A stretch of 64,000 bases of DNA, taken from the NCBI RefSeq assembly GCF_006345805.1, contig NC_043005.1:32178001-32242000 (forward strand), written 5' to 3'. The notes beneath the pieces are model-generated. The model saw nothing but the letters and a program-made list of their open reading frames with translations. It searched no databases and had not been told where the DNA came from. A program made the translations under genes and the position numbers. The stretch comes from Octopus sinensis. Taxonomy: Eukaryota. This document shows, one piece after another, positions 63,579 through 64,000 of this stretch (the stretch's first letter is position 1; every line of letters starts with the position of its first letter).

Positions 63579-63700
63579 ATTATGGAGTGAATGCTCAGTG
63601 CAAAGAATATAAGTAGCGATCATGATACACAAAACGAAGAAATGATCAAGTTAAATAACGATCTGTTAAGCAACAACTACCCCAAAAGTATACTATCCAC
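63579..63700 (+). mobile_element. Penelope-like RT thumb fragment
   Basis: SAKNISSDHDTQNEEMIKLNNDLLSNNYPKSIL resembles the Penelope RA..ISS....EE...L...L..N.YP motif; contains an in-frame stop. Confidence 0.65.
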
Positions 63701-64000
63701 TCCAATTATGAGTTGTCACAAACTGTAGCAACCCTTGTTTTTTCTTGGACAATTTTGGAATTGTGGAGAGCACAGACTTGTATGCTAGTGTAAGAAAAAT
63801 AAAATTGAATAAGAACTTTCCAACCACCGATCCATGGTCTCTAGAAACAGCATAACCTGATCTTTGGTAATTATAGGGTTCAATTACTAAGCAATGAGTC
63901 ATATGGATTTCAGCTGTTGTTACATTCAGGTCTTTCTCAAGAGCAATACTAATGGGAAAATAGTCCTAATCTCGTACTTCAAGTAATTAATCACCATCAT

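Noticed and set aside
1-64000. CRISPR arrays, rRNA genes, intronic C/D snoRNAs
   Set aside because: No repeat-spacer arrays or rRNA blocks; no convincing paired C/D boxes with terminal stems seen by eye.

Overview
AT-rich, intron-containing, transposon-dense animal DNA. The SINE, RTE, Dong and Penelope repeat content points to a coleoid cephalopod, most likely Octopus (inference). Three host genes are supported by splice-consistent exon chains: (1) the first coding exon of a KCTD2/5/17-type BTB protein (minus, 3996-4196; rest beyond the left edge); (2) a complete 5-coding-exon ATP synthase subunit d gene, ATP5PD/ATP5H (plus, 26624-42128, 171 aa); (3) the last four coding exons of PDPK1 (PH domain; minus, 59089-62663). 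The arrangement <-KCTD, ATP5PD->, <-PDPK1 appears to unite two human gene pairs, ATP5PD/KCTD2 (17q25) and PDPK1/KCTD5 (16p13), recalled from memory and not checked here. Most remaining sequence is mobile DNA: RTE, CR1/L2, Tx1 and Dong/R4 LINEs, a Helitron, mariner/maT, Merlin, a piggyBac-like MITE, Penelope fragments, several tRNA-derived SINE families, microsatellites and at least seven long inverted repeats. The most unusual object is at 63305-63700: a tRNA-like Pol III head, then a minimal type I hammerhead ribozyme, fused in inverted orientation to a Penelope reverse-transcriptase fragment. TE boundaries are approximate unless termini are quoted.
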